A DNA stretch of 44,160 bases from Promethearchaeota archaeon (GCA_016840085.1 JAEOTA010000015.1:1-44160); one strand, 5' to 3'; counted from the first letter of the stretch, positions 19,843-30,585 are shown. Notes: generated by a model from the letters alone, not told the origin. Numbers and translations: made by a program.

Positions 19843-21714
19843 ATGAATCAAAAAAAATTTGATACTATTCCAAGATCAGAGTATCCAAGACCACAATTTC
19901 AAAGGAAGGACAATTGGATAAATCTTAATGGGCAATGGGATTTCGCATTTGACGATGAGAACCGTGGACTAAAAGAACGTTGGTATAGAAAGGAGCAAAA
20001 AGACAAATTTAACAAAAGAATTATAGTTCCTTTTTGTTTTCAAAGTGAATTAAGTGGGATCGGAGTTCAAGATTTCCATGATATAGTGTGGTATAGAAAA
20101 GAATTTCAGGTTACATCAGAATTTACTAAAAATAGGACCTTGTTACATTTTGGAGCCGTGGATTATTCCTGTAAGGTGTACTTAAATGGAGAATTTGTCG
20201 AAACTCACGAAGGAGGTTATATAGGATTTAGTATAGATATAACTGATTTCATAGAAGAAGAAAATGTGTTGGTTGTAAGAGTTGAGGATCCGAGCACCGA
20301 TCTTGAGATACCCCGAGGAAAACAATATTGGTTTAAGGAACCTATTGCAATATTTTATCCCAGAGTTACAGGTATCTGGCAAATGGTTTGGATAGAATAT
20401 GTTTCATCAAAATGCTATTTAAAATGGGTAAAAATCACATCAAATATAGATAAATCTGAAATAGTAATAGAATGTGATATTTTTGGAAAAGGATTCCCTG
20501 AATTGAATCTGTCTGCATTGATTTCGTTTGGAGGTAAAGAAGTTGCTAAAGAGGAAATTAGTCTTAATTTTTTAGGGGATATCCGCAAAAAAAGAGATAA
20601 AAAAATCTTAAGGATTAAAGGAGCTAGAACCCAACTTCAAAATCCCTCTCCATTTACATTTAAAATCGCAATTCCGAAAGATTCATTATATCTCTGGGAT
20701 GTAGATAATCCTCATTTATATGATATTTCCTTTAGGTTATATAATTCTAATTCAATGGAAACATATGATCAAGTTATTTCCTATTTTGGAATGAGAGAAA
20801 TTTCTCTTTCCGAAGAATCAACGGATACCAATAAACGTGTACTTTTAAATAATAGTCCTATATATCAGAAATTATTCCTACTTCAAGGATATTGGCCAGA
20901 TGGACTATATACTGCTCCTTCGGATGATGCTATAAGACAGGACATTCGATATATTAAAGATTTCGGTTTTAACGGATTGAGAACTCATCAAAAAGCATTT
21001 GATCCAAGATTCCTCTATTGGTGCGATAAAATGGGAGTTTTAGTGTGGGGGGAAATAGGAAATGCATACCAATTTTCTCCTAAAGCTCAATTACGATTAA
21101 TCAATGAATTTGCTGCTGAAATAGAACGTGATTACAACCATCCTTCGATTATTGTATGGACTGTAGTAAATGAGGGTTGGGGGGTTCCAGGGGCTCATAG
21201 AGGTAAGAAAAAAGCTAATTACACTGTTTCACTATATCATTTAATGAAATCTCTTGATCCGACAAGGTTGATTATCGATGATGATGGATGGTTTCATACA
21301 AAGACAGATTTATGTACTGTTCATTTGTATAAAGACTATGATTCATTGGCTAACTCCTTCGAAGAGGAGAAAAAGTTCCAAATTTCTTCCCCTTATCCTA
21401 TATACCTTAAATCCTTTAATTACAAAAATGAACCGATTATATATTCTGAAATAGGTGGATTTGGTCTTGATTTTGATGCAAGTGGGGAAAAGAAAGCGTG
21501 GGGTTATCAAATTGCGAATTCCTCAGAAGAATTATTTCAAAAAGTGGTTGATTTACTAAAATTATTCGATGAAAGAAAGGATTGGATACATGGTTTTTGT
21601 TATACAGAGTTATATGATCAGTTTCAAGAAATAAATGGGCTATTAACGATTAATCGAACGCCAAAATTTGATCCTTCAAGATTAAAAGAAGAATTAGATA
21701 AATTGTTTTATTAG
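19843..21714 (+). CDS. Glycoside hydrolase family 2 (beta-galactosidase/glucuronidase-like)
   Basis: EYPRPQF, LNGQWDF, LHFGAVDY, RDYNHPSIIVW..NEGWG (acid/base) and SEIGG (nucleophile). Confidence 0.92.
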   Translation: MNQKKFDTIPRSEYPRPQFQRKDNWINLNGQWDFAFDDENRGLKERWYRKEQKDKFNKRIIVPFCFQSELSGIGVQDFHDIVWYRKEFQVTSEFTKNRTLLHFGAVDYSCKVYLNGEFVETHEGGYIGFSIDITDFIEEENVLVVRVEDPSTDLEIPRGKQYWFKEPIAIFYPRVTGIWQMVWIEYVSSKCYLKWVKITSNIDKSEIVIECDIFGKGFPELNLSALISFGGKEVAKEEISLNFLGDIRKKRDKKILRIKGARTQLQNPSPFTFKIAIPKDSLYLWDVDNPHLYDISFRLYNSNSMETYDQVISYFGMREISLSEESTDTNKRVLLNNSPIYQKLFLLQGYWPDGLYTAPSDDAIRQDIRYIKDFGFNGLRTHQKAFDPRFLYWCDKMGVLVWGEIGNAYQFSPKAQLRLINEFAAEIERDYNHPSIIVWTVVNEGWGVPGAHRGKKKANYTVSLYHLMKSLDPTRLIIDDDGWFHTKTDLCTVHLYKDYDSLANSFEEEKKFQISSPYPIYLKSFNYKNEPIIYSEIGGFGLDFDASGEKKAWGYQIANSSEELFQKVVDLLKLFDERKDWIHGFCYTELYDQFQEINGLLTINRTPKFDPSRLKEELDKLFY

Positions 21715-21899
21715 AGAATTTCAGGTCACATGACAAATTGAAAAAGGACTAATACAATCTTAAATAGCATAACATTGGTTTTTTCTTTTCTATAGACTAT
21801 TATAATGTTCATAGATTTTGTAAAATTGCTAACCTAATTACTTTTAAAATAATATCTATTATTTCGACATTCACTTTTTTTCCAAACTCACTATATTTA

Positions 21900-23242
21900 T
21901 AAGTATTTCTAACGAACTTTTACTATAAAATAATACAATTTTGTGATTATTATTAGAAAAACTAGTAAAACCAGTAACAGCTAATATCAAATGGTACTAA
22001 TAATGAGATTAACTGAAATTATTCAAGTGAAGTCTTCAGAGGACTTATCTAAGATTTGTCATTTAGCTAAAAATCTCTATAATTTAGGCAATTGGTATAT
22101 ACGACAGGATTTTTTTAATCTCAATAATATTTTAACCTATTATGATTTAGATTTCATTTTGAAGTACAAAAACGTGTATAAAAATTTACCTGCTCAAACA
22201 TCTCAGCAAATACTTAAGCGTATAACTGGAAACTGGAAAGCATATTTTAAAGCATTAAGAGAATATCAAAAGGATTATAAGAAATTTAAGAGAAAACCAA
22301 GAATACCTGGATACAAAAAGAAAAACGGAGAATCTATTGTGATTTTTACTAATCAGCAATGTAAAATAAAGGAAGGATATTTACATTTTCCTAAAAAGGT
22401 TAATCTCAACCCAATTAAAACCAGATTAAAAGAGAGATTAAAAGAAGTAAGAATAATTCCATTAGGAGTAAAATATAAGATTGAAATTGTATATGAAAAG
22501 GAAGAGAAAGATTTAGGATTAGAAAAAAGGCATATATTAGCTATTGATTTAGGATTGAGTAATCTCATAACTGCTGTAAATAATAATGGATGTACACCAT
22601 TTATTATTAAAGGTGGGATGATAAAATCCATAAATCAGTATTATAATAAGCAATTAGCATATTACAGAAGCATTGAGAATAAGAAAGGTAATTTTACTGA
22701 TACTAAGCGAATGAAAAGACTACATTTAATTCGAAACAATAAACTGACTACCTTATTTCATCGTATCTCCAGGAATATCATTGGGTATTGTATCAAACAT
22801 AATATTGGAACGATTGTAATTGGCTATAATTTCAATTGGAAACAGAAGAGTAATATTGGAAAAAAGAATAATCAAAAATTTGTTCAAATTCCATTCTTGA
22901 AATTATTAGAACAAACTGAATACAAAGCACAATTAGTCGGAATTAAAGTCAAAAGAATTGATGAATCCTACACCTCCAAATGTTCTTTCTTGGATAATGA
23001 ATCTATAAAAAAACATTGTCATTATAAAGGTAAACGAATTTCCAGAGGGTTTTTTAAGACCGCAACAGGAAAGATAATCAATGCTGATGTAAATGGAGCA
23101 TATAATATCATGAAAAAAGGATTCCCAAAAGCCATTTCGGTTGATGGGATAGAGGCATTCGGACTAATGCCACAAATATTACAACAAAACATTGTTGATA
23201 ATAGTATTTGCAATAAGATGAGTGTAGCTTAACTCATTTTAA
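21900..23242 (+). mobile_element. Non-autonomous tnpB-only IS element inserted between the GH2 and MFS genes
   Basis: tnpB with no tnpA or serine recombinase and a hairpin-rich 3' end. Left boundary not resolved. Confidence 0.6.
21991..23232 (+). CDS. tnpB: TnpB RNA-guided endonuclease (IS200/IS605/IS607 superfamily)
   Basis: HTH N-terminus, RuvC-I LAIDLG, IVIGYN, YKAQ..GI, DESYTSKC and RuvC-III INADVNGAYNI. Confidence 0.93.
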   Translation: MVLIMRLTEIIQVKSSEDLSKICHLAKNLYNLGNWYIRQDFFNLNNILTYYDLDFILKYKNVYKNLPAQTSQQILKRITGNWKAYFKALREYQKDYKKFKRKPRIPGYKKKNGESIVIFTNQQCKIKEGYLHFPKKVNLNPIKTRLKERLKEVRIIPLGVKYKIEIVYEKEEKDLGLEKRHILAIDLGLSNLITAVNNNGCTPFIIKGGMIKSINQYYNKQLAYYRSIENKKGNFTDTKRMKRLHLIRNNKLTTLFHRISRNIIGYCIKHNIGTIVIGYNFNWKQKSNIGKKNNQKFVQIPFLKLLEQTEYKAQLVGIKVKRIDESYTSKCSFLDNESIKKHCHYKGKRISRGFFKTATGKIINADVNGAYNIMKKGFPKAISVDGIEAFGLMPQILQQNIVDNSICNKMSVA

Positions 23243-23260
23243 TAGTCTGGAAAGTCAAAA
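23122..23260 (+). ncRNA. Putative omega-RNA scaffold (plus downstream guide) overlapping the tnpB 3' end
   Basis: Tandem hairpins GGCAUU/AAUGCC (23154-23171), CAAAUA..CAACAA/UUGUUG..UAUUUG (23173-23210) and AAGAUGAGU/ACUCAUUUU (23215-23240). Position is typical of omega-RNAs. Confidence 0.6.
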
Positions 23261-23273
23261 GAAACCAAATAAC

Positions 23274-24596
23274 ATGATAACTAATAAGAAGATGTACGAG
23301 ATAACAAAGATTGGTCGAAGAAATGTAGCAATAATGATACTTTTGGGCATCGCAGGGCAGATCGCTTGGGCGGTTGAAAATAGTTGGTTTAATACATTTG
23401 TTTTTGATGAATTAACACCGGATCCTAGACCAATAGCATGGATGGTGGCTGTCAGTGCAATTATCGCAACAATTACTACTTTAATCATGGGATCTCTAAG
23501 TGATAGAACATATAGCAAATGGGGTAGGAGAAAACCTTATATTCTTATGGGATATATTTTATGGGGGATTATGACCGCCATCTTTCCTATGGTCTCTTTT
23601 ATTCCAATTGTAGGTATTGCAGTAGTAATGGTTATTATAGTAGATGCAATTATGACTTTTTTTGGTTCCACAGCTAATGATGCTGCTTATAGTGCATGGA
23701 TTACAGATATTGGAAATTCGAGCAATAGAAATAGGATTAACAGCATCAATTCCGCTACCGTATTAATAGCAAATCTTATTGCATTGGGTGTAGCAGGAAT
23801 TATTATAGATACATTTGGATATTTTATATTCTTTTATATACTAGGGGGCACAGTTTCAATCAGTGGTTTGATTGCTGGATTAATGATCAAAGAATCTGCC
23901 ATCCCCATGGAAGAGCGTGAGCCGTCAAAAAAAGTATGGAAAGATTTAAAAGAATTAATCTCAATTCAAGATATTAGAGAAAATAAACTTTTATATCTTT
24001 TGTTTCTTAACATGGCTATAAGCGGGATTGCAAGTATGGTGTTTTTTCCATATATTTTTATTTATATGGAACATTATCTAAAATTTTCTAAATCGATGAT
24101 AGGTATAATTGGTTTGCTCATAATAGGGATTTCAACTATATTAGTTCTTATAATAGGGTTTGTTATAAAAAAGGTTAATCGAAAGTCGCTTTTAATATTA
24201 TATATTATACTGGGAACCGTTTTTTCCTTCATACTTTCTTTTATCACTGATATATTATTTGTTACTATCTTCTATATGCTGAATTTAACTTTTTCAACGT
24301 TATCAGGCGTCGTACGGGGCGGATGGATGCAAGATGAATATCCAAAAGAAAGTATTGGAAAGTTTCAAGGAGTTCGTTTAATTTTCATGGTTCTCATTCC
24401 GATGGTAATAGGTCCTTTCATTGGATCAATGATTATTGAACAATTTGGTATTCCTATTGTTATTGATGGAGAACCTGGATATATTCCAACTCCTCCACTT
24501 ATCATTGTTGGAGCGATATTATCCTTGTTAGCTTTAATACCTTTGGCATTCATCAAAAAATCAGAAGGAATAATTGTTTTTAACGAAAGGACATAA
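23274..24596 (+). CDS. MFS transporter (GPH-like sugar porter)
   Basis: 12 TM segments; GSLSDRTYSKWGRRKPYIL motif A; adjacent to GH2. Confidence 0.9.
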   Translation: MITNKKMYEITKIGRRNVAIMILLGIAGQIAWAVENSWFNTFVFDELTPDPRPIAWMVAVSAIIATITTLIMGSLSDRTYSKWGRRKPYILMGYILWGIMTAIFPMVSFIPIVGIAVVMVIIVDAIMTFFGSTANDAAYSAWITDIGNSSNRNRINSINSATVLIANLIALGVAGIIIDTFGYFIFFYILGGTVSISGLIAGLMIKESAIPMEEREPSKKVWKDLKELISIQDIRENKLLYLLFLNMAISGIASMVFFPYIFIYMEHYLKFSKSMIGIIGLLIIGISTILVLIIGFVIKKVNRKSLLILYIILGTVFSFILSFITDILFVTIFYMLNLTFSTLSGVVRGGWMQDEYPKESIGKFQGVRLIFMVLIPMVIGPFIGSMIIEQFGIPIVIDGEPGYIPTPPLIIVGAILSLLALIPLAFIKKSEGIIVFNERT

Positions 24597-24854
24597 AACA
24601 TTTTCTTTTTTTATATTTTATTCGAAAAATAATGAATTTTCCAATAAATATACGATTAAACGGGATGTTCAGATTTGCAATTCGAAACATTAATAGGATG
24701 TAGTTATTGCGGGGGAATGATTGAAACTACTTAGAATAAAGAATACTTAGGAAAAAATCCATAGATTGTTTTTGTTATTTATTCAAATAGATATATCTGA
24801 AACATCAGAACCTCTATATTTATTATATTGCTTTTTTAGTTATGTGAGCATTAA

Positions 24855-26966
24855 ATGTTTAAATATAATGGTAGTAAATTATTCATTATGGAAATCTATA
24901 AAAAATATTTAAGCAGATATTATTCTGAAATAGTACTTTTTAGCATAGTGTTTTTCTTCTTTTTCGAACAGTTAACGCAATTTATCGAATCTATTTATCT
25001 TTTAAACTATATTGTTGAGGGACTAAATGAAAATGTAGCCGCAATTTTATTCTTGTTGACTCCAATTGTATTATTGGTCTTTAAAAAGGGGCTTTCTAAA
25101 AAATCGATGATAGTATTTGGTGAAATTATGATAATATGCAGAGTCTTACAACCGTTTTTTGACACTCAAATTAAGATGATAATTACCGGAATTGGTATAG
25201 GATGTTTCCTGATCTTTTTAGTTGTATATCTTCAAAAAAAATCGCACGAAAATAATGAAAGAAGCGGATTATCATTAGGTATTAGTTTTGGTTTTGGATT
25301 AGCATTGTCAATTTTATTTAGAACACTTGGTTCTTCGGTTGATTTATCTTTAACTTTTTGGTTTCAGTGGATTGGATGGATTCTTGCTATTATTGCTGCA
25401 ATATTGACGATAAACTTGTTAAATCCTCCCCAAATTGAAGCCAATACAGAAAAAACGAGTGATATTGGAAAGATAGGCAGTAAATGGAAAGTGTTGGCTT
25501 TATGTTTGGGCATATTCAGCGTGTTTATTCTATGTTATTTTGCGTTTAGTAGTCCAGCTGTTATTGAAAGGTGGGCAGAAGGGAATTACATAGCAATCAC
25601 AACAATTTTAATATTAATAATAACAAGTTTTATTATCATTGCTGCTGTAAAACCAAATTTAATCAATAAAATACCTCCTAAGGGTATTTTACTATGGAAT
25701 ATATTATTTGTACTAATGATTGTGCTTACTATTGGAATCAATCAAATTCCATTTGCATTTATAACCAAATATCCGTATTTTGCACCAGAAACAACAGTTT
25801 TTTATCACATAATTCTTTATTTGATGCTTTTCCTTTCTCCAATTACATTTATTGATTTTGTAATTTTACTAAGAGAATTATTGAAAAGCAAACCTTCAAC
25901 ACGTAAACTGGGAGTAGGCTTTTTTGCATCGGGATTCTTTTTCATTCTTATGATACTATCAGCAATTTTTACTACTACATGGCCTTATATTCCAGTAATT
26001 GGACCACTATTTGAGGATTTGATTTGGGTTGTTTTCCTAATTATTGGTGTATTTTGTGTGTGTCCTCTTTTATTAGTTAAAAGAGAATCTATGACTTTTT
26101 CTAAGAGATTTAGGGATAACATGATGAAAATATTTAAAACTATTAGTGCAATTATAATAATTTCCATAGGAACAATTGTGGGGTGTATAATCCTTGAATC
26201 ACCATATATACAACCTCCTGCTAATAGTAATACGCTTTCAATTTTAACATACAACGTCCATCAAGGTGCTGATGAGATTGGAAATATGAATTTTGAGGGA
26301 CAGCGTACGGTAATTGAGAAGTTAAATCCCGATATTATTGGTTTGCAGGAATCAGATTTAGCTCGGATTTCTAATGGAAATAATGATTTTGTGCGGTACA
26401 TTAGTTCAACATTGGGATATTATTCATATTATGGGCCTAAAACCGTGACTGGCACTTATGGAATAGCCTTCTTATCAAAATATCCTATTATGAAAGCCCG
26501 TACATTTTACATGGAATGCGTAGAAGAACAAGCCGCAACAATTTGGGCACAGATTACTGTAGGGGGGGAAATATTCAATATTTTCATAACTCACCTTGGT
26601 AATTATAGAAATACAACTTTAGGTGATAGGACTCAGATTGTCCAACAAGAGAATATTTTATCTGTAACCACTGGAAAAGAGAATGTTATTTTAATGGGAG
26701 ATTTTAACTTTGAACCTAATACAGAACAATATAACATAACAGTTGCTGAATTATACGATTCTTGGGAATTAGTATACAATTCTAATCCTGTAAATGCTAT
26801 TGTTGATCCTAAACTACCTGGTGAACGAATAATCCCGGATGAAAGAATAGACCACATATTTATTTCTTCTCATTTGAATGAGTCCGTGACATATATCCAT
26901 TATACTGGTGGATTTGAATCAGACCATCCTGCTTTGTATGCTACGATTGAATTAATGAGTATCTAA
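24855..26966 (+). CDS. Polytopic membrane protein with C-terminal EEP domain (Cwh43/PGAP2IP-like architecture)
   Basis: Many TM helices, then TYNVH, DIIGLQESD, LSKYPI, THL, MGDFN, IDHIF and SDH motifs. Confidence 0.85.
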   Translation: MFKYNGSKLFIMEIYKKYLSRYYSEIVLFSIVFFFFFEQLTQFIESIYLLNYIVEGLNENVAAILFLLTPIVLLVFKKGLSKKSMIVFGEIMIICRVLQPFFDTQIKMIITGIGIGCFLIFLVVYLQKKSHENNERSGLSLGISFGFGLALSILFRTLGSSVDLSLTFWFQWIGWILAIIAAILTINLLNPPQIEANTEKTSDIGKIGSKWKVLALCLGIFSVFILCYFAFSSPAVIERWAEGNYIAITTILILIITSFIIIAAVKPNLINKIPPKGILLWNILFVLMIVLTIGINQIPFAFITKYPYFAPETTVFYHIILYLMLFLSPITFIDFVILLRELLKSKPSTRKLGVGFFASGFFFILMILSAIFTTTWPYIPVIGPLFEDLIWVVFLIIGVFCVCPLLLVKRESMTFSKRFRDNMMKIFKTISAIIIISIGTIVGCIILESPYIQPPANSNTLSILTYNVHQGADEIGNMNFEGQRTVIEKLNPDIIGLQESDLARISNGNNDFVRYISSTLGYYSYYGPKTVTGTYGIAFLSKYPIMKARTFYMECVEEQAATIWAQITVGGEIFNIFITHLGNYRNTTLGDRTQIVQQENILSVTTGKENVILMGDFNFEPNTEQYNITVAELYDSWELVYNSNPVNAIVDPKLPGERIIPDERIDHIFISSHLNESVTYIHYTGGFESDHPALYATIELMSI

Positions 26967-27104
26967 GAAGATTTTTTTTTTTTAATTTTAACGATTACTT
27001 ATTGATGGAGATTCAACTTTAGACTGTGAAATGTACGACTATGATCTTGATGATTTTTTATATTAATACTAAAAAACGTGAGTTTTATTCGTCAAAAATA
27101 AGTA

Positions 27105-27644
27105 TTATAATTCCATATTCATAATATGAATCCAATCATCTTTTTCTTGAATTAATTGACAGTTAAAGTTTTTAACTATAGGTAAAATCTCTTTGGAAAT
27201 TATTGGAAAAAGATCTATAAGATCATCAAATATGTGAAATCGTACAGAATCTTGGCTCCATTGATTCATAATATCTTTAATGTTTTTTGCCTTCCAGTGA
27301 AAATATTCTTTAAGAATATGTGGTTTGTTATCGGGAAAATGTTTAATTATATAATCTTTATAGATTTTAAGTGGTTCTAATTGCGACTCTGTAATTTTCC
27401 CATAATATTTTCGTTTTCTCCCCGTGATGAAATACACAGCTTGACATTGTGCGCAATTTTGCTTATAAAATTCAATAAATTCAGGAAATAGTGAGATATC
27501 AGAAGCTTTCTTTACAATTTCTTGACTTATATGACCACCATCCGTTTTTGATTCCTTGATTAAGGGAAAAATATTAGGCATTATACAGCCATCTATATCA
27601 AAGATAAACACATCTCCCATGACATATGATAATCTATGTGTCAT
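27105..27644 (-). CDS. HAD-superfamily hydrolase
   Basis: FDIDG (motif I), ITGR (II), K (III) and IFDD (IV). Confidence 0.75.
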   Translation of the reverse strand: MTHRLSYVMGDVFIFDIDGCIMPNIFPLIKESKTDGGHISQEIVKKASDISLFPEFIEFYKQNCAQCQAVYFITGRKRKYYGKITESQLEPLKIYKDYIIKHFPDNKPHILKEYFHWKAKNIKDIMNQWSQDSVRFHIFDDLIDLFPIISKEILPIVKNFNCQLIQEKDDWIHIMNMEL

Positions 27645-27894
27645 AATTTAAACAGCAATTATTTTTTCAAATTGATACCAAGGTTACGCGTTTAATTATC
27701 ATTCAAATCCATATTTAAATGGCTTATAGGGACTGTTAATTTATTGAACGCAAAATTCGACGAAAATAACCTTGACCTTTACAAATATAAGAGAATATAA
27801 ATATGAAATTATTAAAGGCATATGAATTTAAAAATGAAAAAATCCATAGAAATCAAGATTTAAATCACAGATCAATAAAAATAAGGCAATTCCA

Positions 27895-29397
27895 ATGGAT
27901 GATACAGTAAATATAACTTTATTGGGAGGAGTAAATGAAGTAGGCGGCAATATTGTTTTATTAGAAGATTTTAGCTATGATATTAAAATTTTGATTGATT
28001 TTGGAATTAAGATAGGAAAATATTATGAACAATACGAGCGAGGGCAACATCCATCTTCTATTGATGAATTAAAAAAGCTAAAACTTATTCCAAATGAAGA
28101 ATCGCTTCCTATAAATAACTTATATACTCAGATATGGAGTAAATTCAAATTAAAAAAGCGATCCAGAAATGCTGAAGAAGAAGAAGCATCAATAGATCAA
28201 ATTTACCCCTCCAATCTAGAAGGAATTCTAATTTCGCATGCACATAAGGATCATTATTTTGGGTTATCATTTGTTAATCGGACAATTCCAATTTATACAG
28301 GTGTTATAACAAAAAAAATTATTGAAGCATTCTTCAAGTCAGCTAAGTTCAGGATTGACAACAACTACGCGAATCTAAACTGGAAGACTTTCCGCACGGG
28401 TGATATTATAGACATTAAGGGTATGAAGATCATTCCTTATCATGTGGACCATTCGGTTCCTGCTTCTTATGGATTTATTATTTACACGTCAGCAGGACCT
28501 GTGGTTTATACAGGAGATTTTCGCAGACATGGACCTTTATCAAGTATGACAGAGGATTTTCTCAATGAAATTAAGGCAAACGAGATTATTTCTTCAAATA
28601 TTCAATTAAATGCTGAACAAAAACAATTAATCTCAGATGGAGTTAAGGTATTGATATGTGAAGGGACAAGGATTCACAAGGGCATAGTCGAATCAGAAGA
28701 ACGGGTGGAAAGTCATTTAGAGAAAATATTTGAAAACAATCCATTTGATTTTATTTTAGTGAAATATGATCGAATAGATTGGGACAGATTTAGAACTTTC
28801 TCGCATATCGCAAAAAAGTATGGATGGAAGTATATTATTACTGAAAAGGAAGCCTATTTTTATCACCTATTGAATAAAGAGGCTCTTCATGAAACTATGA
28901 GGGATCCTAATATTCTCGAAGATGATCATATCTATATTTTGAAAAAAGGGGCTGCAAGATTTCCATGGCAAGAAAAGATCCGTCAAATAATGTATAACCA
29001 TCAAAAAGGAGATCGATTTCTTGATTATCATGATTTAAAAGATTTAGAAAAAGAATTTTTCATTTATATAACTCATTTACATCCAGATTTGGTGAATAAT
29101 CTTAATTTCAATCTTAACGGTTTATTCCTTTCTTCAAGCATCGACCCTTACTCCGAGGAATTTTATGATAATACTAAAACGATTGGGAGTGAATTAAAAC
29201 ATTATGGAATTCCTTGTTATCGTGTTCATGCATCTGGGCATGCAATACCTCACGATCTTATAAACTTTATATGTGAAGTTAATCCTCGATATTTAATTCC
29301 AATCCATACTGAGCATCCAGAATTTTTCGGAAAGATATTCGATAAAACAGATATAAAAGTAGTAGAACCTCAGCTTAATAAACCAATAGCAATTTGA
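27895..29397 (+). CDS. MBL-fold beta-CASP ribonuclease (second paralog)
   Basis: GGVNEVGGN, IDFG, SHAHKDH, VDHS, YTGDFR, HASGH and PIHTEH motifs. Confidence 0.9.
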   Translation: MDDTVNITLLGGVNEVGGNIVLLEDFSYDIKILIDFGIKIGKYYEQYERGQHPSSIDELKKLKLIPNEESLPINNLYTQIWSKFKLKKRSRNAEEEEASIDQIYPSNLEGILISHAHKDHYFGLSFVNRTIPIYTGVITKKIIEAFFKSAKFRIDNNYANLNWKTFRTGDIIDIKGMKIIPYHVDHSVPASYGFIIYTSAGPVVYTGDFRRHGPLSSMTEDFLNEIKANEIISSNIQLNAEQKQLISDGVKVLICEGTRIHKGIVESEERVESHLEKIFENNPFDFILVKYDRIDWDRFRTFSHIAKKYGWKYIITEKEAYFYHLLNKEALHETMRDPNILEDDHIYILKKGAARFPWQEKIRQIMYNHQKGDRFLDYHDLKDLEKEFFIYITHLHPDLVNNLNFNLNGLFLSSSIDPYSEEFYDNTKTIGSELKHYGIPCYRVHASGHAIPHDLINFICEVNPRYLIPIHTEHPEFFGKIFDKTDIKVVEPQLNKPIAI

Positions 29398-29424
29398 TTA
29401 TTTATTTCTGAAAAGGAGTATATT

Positions 29425-29523
29425 ATGAGTGTTTGTTGTCATATTTGCGGATTTGAGATCGAAGCAGCAAAAGAAGGATTTTATTATTGTCCAATTTGTG
29501 ATGATTTTACTTTGTTTTCTTAA
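29425..29523 (+). CDS. 32-aa Zn-ribbon microprotein (not in ORF track)
   Basis: MSVCCHICGFEIEAAKEGFYYCPICDDFTLFS*; two CxxC knuckles; AAGGAG SD 6 nt upstream. Confidence 0.7.
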   Translation: MSVCCHICGFEIEAAKEGFYYCPICDDFTLFS

Positions 29524-29814
29524 AAATTATTATTTTTAATTAGAATAACTTAATTTCAAGTGGAAAAAATTTTTTGGTAAATCATTAAGGATGTTTTTCA
29601 TGAGTGTCAAATATTTAAGAGATTTAAATCTTAAAACATCGTGTGGTAACTTTTACTAAAATCTATAATATATATTATGAAGTATATAAAATTTAAATAA
29701 TTCATTAGTTTGATTGAACATTTTATATCCATTTATTAAGTTTTATTCAAAAAGTTTCATTAATACAAAAAAAAAATAAAAAGACGATCTTATCTTTTGC
29801 GAAAAACAATGGCT

Positions 29815-30585
29815 TTATCTCTTGGTCCAACAGAATTTTGAATAAAGAATTAAACCCAATAAAAACAGCAAAAAAGATATCACTATTGTGAAACTTATTT
29901 GAACAAAACTTAAAGGATTATAACCAATAATTTCTTCTCCTTCGAGTAGTAAAATTATTAAAGCAGTAGCAGATGATATAGGAAAGATCCTTGCAAAAGT
30001 TTGTAGAAAAATTGGAAGCATTAAATAAGGAATAAAGAAGCCACCTAAAAAACCTATTAACAATGTTATTGCAACTCCAGCATGGGTAGCTGCTGATTCG
30101 CCTTTAATTAAAGAGGCAATAATCAAACCAATCCCTGTAGATGTTAAAGCTATAAGAAAACAAAATCCCATACATTCTAAACCAATAATGAATCCTAAAT
30201 TAAATTTTGCCCCATAAAGTATTCCAATTAAAAGTAGTAAAATTGAGCCAATTAATGATAAAACCCATATTCCAAAAATCCTACCAAGTACTTCCTTCCA
30301 AGGTTTAATTGGCATCGAGGCTATTTTTAAGTACAACCCTCTCTCCCTGTCTGAAGCTATAGAACCTGGTAAATCCGCTTGCCCAGTAGTCATGATCAAC
30401 AAAGTTATCATGCCTATGGTTAAACTTCCTTTAAATTTTGCAATCATTCCATTAGTGACATTTCCCCACATTAAAGGCATCACAGTTAAGAAAAATATGG
30501 GCAGAGCAAAAGTAAAGAATAATACAACTTTATCTCTTAAAAATTCCTTGAGACTTTTATTTATTATAGCCATAATTTGACTCAT
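29815..30585 (-). CDS. ABC-2 type exporter permease
   Basis: Six TM segments, ERG...I...P motif and GGFFIP...LP motif. Confidence 0.9.
   Translation of the reverse strand: MSQIMAIINKSLKEFLRDKVVLFFTFALPIFFLTVMPLMWGNVTNGMIAKFKGSLTIGMITLLIMTTGQADLPGSIASDRERGLYLKIASMPIKPWKEVLGRIFGIWVLSLIGSILLLLIGILYGAKFNLGFIIGLECMGFCFLIALTSTGIGLIIASLIKGESAATHAGVAITLLIGFLGGFFIPYLMLPIFLQTFARIFPISSATALIILLLEGEEIIGYNPLSFVQISFTIVISFLLFLLGLILYSKFCWTKR

Noticed and set aside
21715-21990. tnpA gene or a defined left end for the TnpB element
   Set aside because: No HUH or serine-recombinase ORF; only weak YYAGTAA-like repeats near 21960-21980, too degenerate to call.
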